A stretch of DNA of 6,307 nt from a virus. Every line of letters begins with the position of its first letter. The stretch's first letter is position 1. A program made the translations under genes and the position numbers. Shown here piece by piece: positions 6,100 to 6,307 of this stretch. The notes under the pieces are model-generated. The model searched no databases and was not told where the DNA came from. It worked only from the letters and a program-made list of their open reading frames with translations. The stretch is taken from positions 1-6,307 of the IMG/VR virus record IMGVR_UViG_3300029996_000012. One strand, 5' to 3'.

Positions 6100-6123
6100 G
6101 AAGCGTTTCCGCTTCGGTATTTT
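6100..6123 (+). terminator. Weak candidate intrinsic terminator (hairpin plus interrupted T-run)
   Basis: gaagcg (6100-6105), loop tttc, cgcttc (6110-6115), followed by ggtatttt. It lies downstream of the last gene of the + strand gene train. The stem is short and the T-run interrupted, so confidence is low. Confidence 0.25.
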
Positions 6124-6141
6124 AGCACGTAGGTGCGCAAA

Positions 6142-6163
6142 GGCAGGTTCTATCTGACCTGCC
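6142..6163. other. Perfect 7-bp GC-rich hairpin
   Basis: ggcaggt (6142-6148), loop tctatctg (6149-6156), acctgcc (6157-6163). Confidence 0.7.
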
Positions 6164-6208
6164 GTGCCTATACACCCTGTATACATCCACTTTGTTATTC
6201 AAGCGAAG

Positions 6209-6307
6209 CCCCTAGTTGTGTCCGAAGGAAATTTAAGTTATCCTCTTAAATTCGGTCTCCCTTGTCTATAAACGCACAACTCACACCCTAATCGTATAAT
6301 AAAAAAA
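6209..6307. repeat. Terminal direct repeat copy 2 (circular-genome assembly overlap)
   Basis: Identical to 1-99. Confidence 0.95.

Larger units (their letters stand above)
6040..6176. other. GC-rich 121-nt non-coding block (6048-6168) bracketed by an 8-bp direct repeat TATACACC (6040-6047 and 6169-6176)
   Basis: By hand count, 73 of 123 bases are G+C over 6046-6168 (about 59%), in an otherwise AT-rich genome. The block has no ORF on either strand; the only ATG-initiated ORF I found is a 12-codon frame on the minus strand. It contains several inverted repeats and a GGAGC-GGAGC tandem at 6078-6087. Confidence 0.6.
1..6208 (+). other. Complete circular Microviridae genome unit (Alpavirinae-like), 6208 nt
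   Basis: Exact 99-nt terminal redundancy (1-99 = 6209-6307). Full microvirus core set VP4/VP1/VP2 on one strand. Compact overlapping genes. T-rich third codon positions on the + strand. Confidence 0.85.

Noticed and set aside
6132-6139. GGTGCGCA, identical to the first 8 nt of the E. coli dif XerC arm. This raises the idea of a dif-like attP for Xer-mediated integration.
   Set aside because: The downstream sequence (aaggcaggttctatctgacc) does not resemble a dif central region or XerD arm. E. coli dif is also not the relevant consensus for a presumed Bacteroidota host. I keep it only as something to test by looking for host junctions.
6142-6163. GGTTC-containing hairpin that superficially resembles a tRNA T-arm.
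   Set aside because: The stem is 7 bp with an 8-nt loop (tctatctg), not a 5-bp stem with a TTCRANY loop. No acceptor, D or anticodon arms can be built from the flanks.
1-6307. The terminal repeats as biological direct terminal repeats or LTRs, or the window as an integrated prophage with att sites.
   Set aside because: The repeat is exact and sits at the very ends of the window, and there is no flanking non-viral sequence. The family has circular genomes. An assembly overlap is the simplest explanation.

Overview
The window is one complete, circularly permuted ssDNA microvirus (family Microviridae) genome. Bases 1-99 are repeated exactly at 6209-6307, so the unit length is 6208 nt and the duplication is most simply an assembly overlap of a circular molecule. 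All convincing genes are on the + strand, tightly packed and often joined by ATGA-type start/stop overlaps. In order they are a 64-aa orphan, a 27-aa transmembrane micro-ORF, a short Peptidase_M15A-like zinc peptidase, the HUH replication initiator VP4 (609 aa), the major capsid protein VP1 (577 aa), an acidic 147-aa VP3-like protein, and the pilot/minor capsid protein VP2 (380 aa). A possible 37-aa transmembrane micro-ORF overlaps the VP2 stop. The gene order VP4-VP1-small ORF-VP2, the large VP4, the absence of Shine-Dalgarno motifs and a Bacteroides-type promoter candidate all point to an Alpavirinae-like phage of a Bacteroidota host; this is inference. The points most worth follow-up are listed here. 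(1) A putative two-component lysis module, a TM micro-ORF translationally coupled to the M15 peptidase, in a virus family whose paradigm is single-gene lysis. (2) A second unannotated TM micro-ORF at the VP2 3' end. (3) An unusually long non-coding region of about 366 nt across the circular junction, holding a 121-nt GC-rich block of about 59% GC, several hairpins, a dense GC palindrome cluster (overlapping FseI/SfiI/AvrII sites) and 8-bp flanking direct repeats. No rRNA, tRNA, CRISPR array, integrase or transposase was seen.
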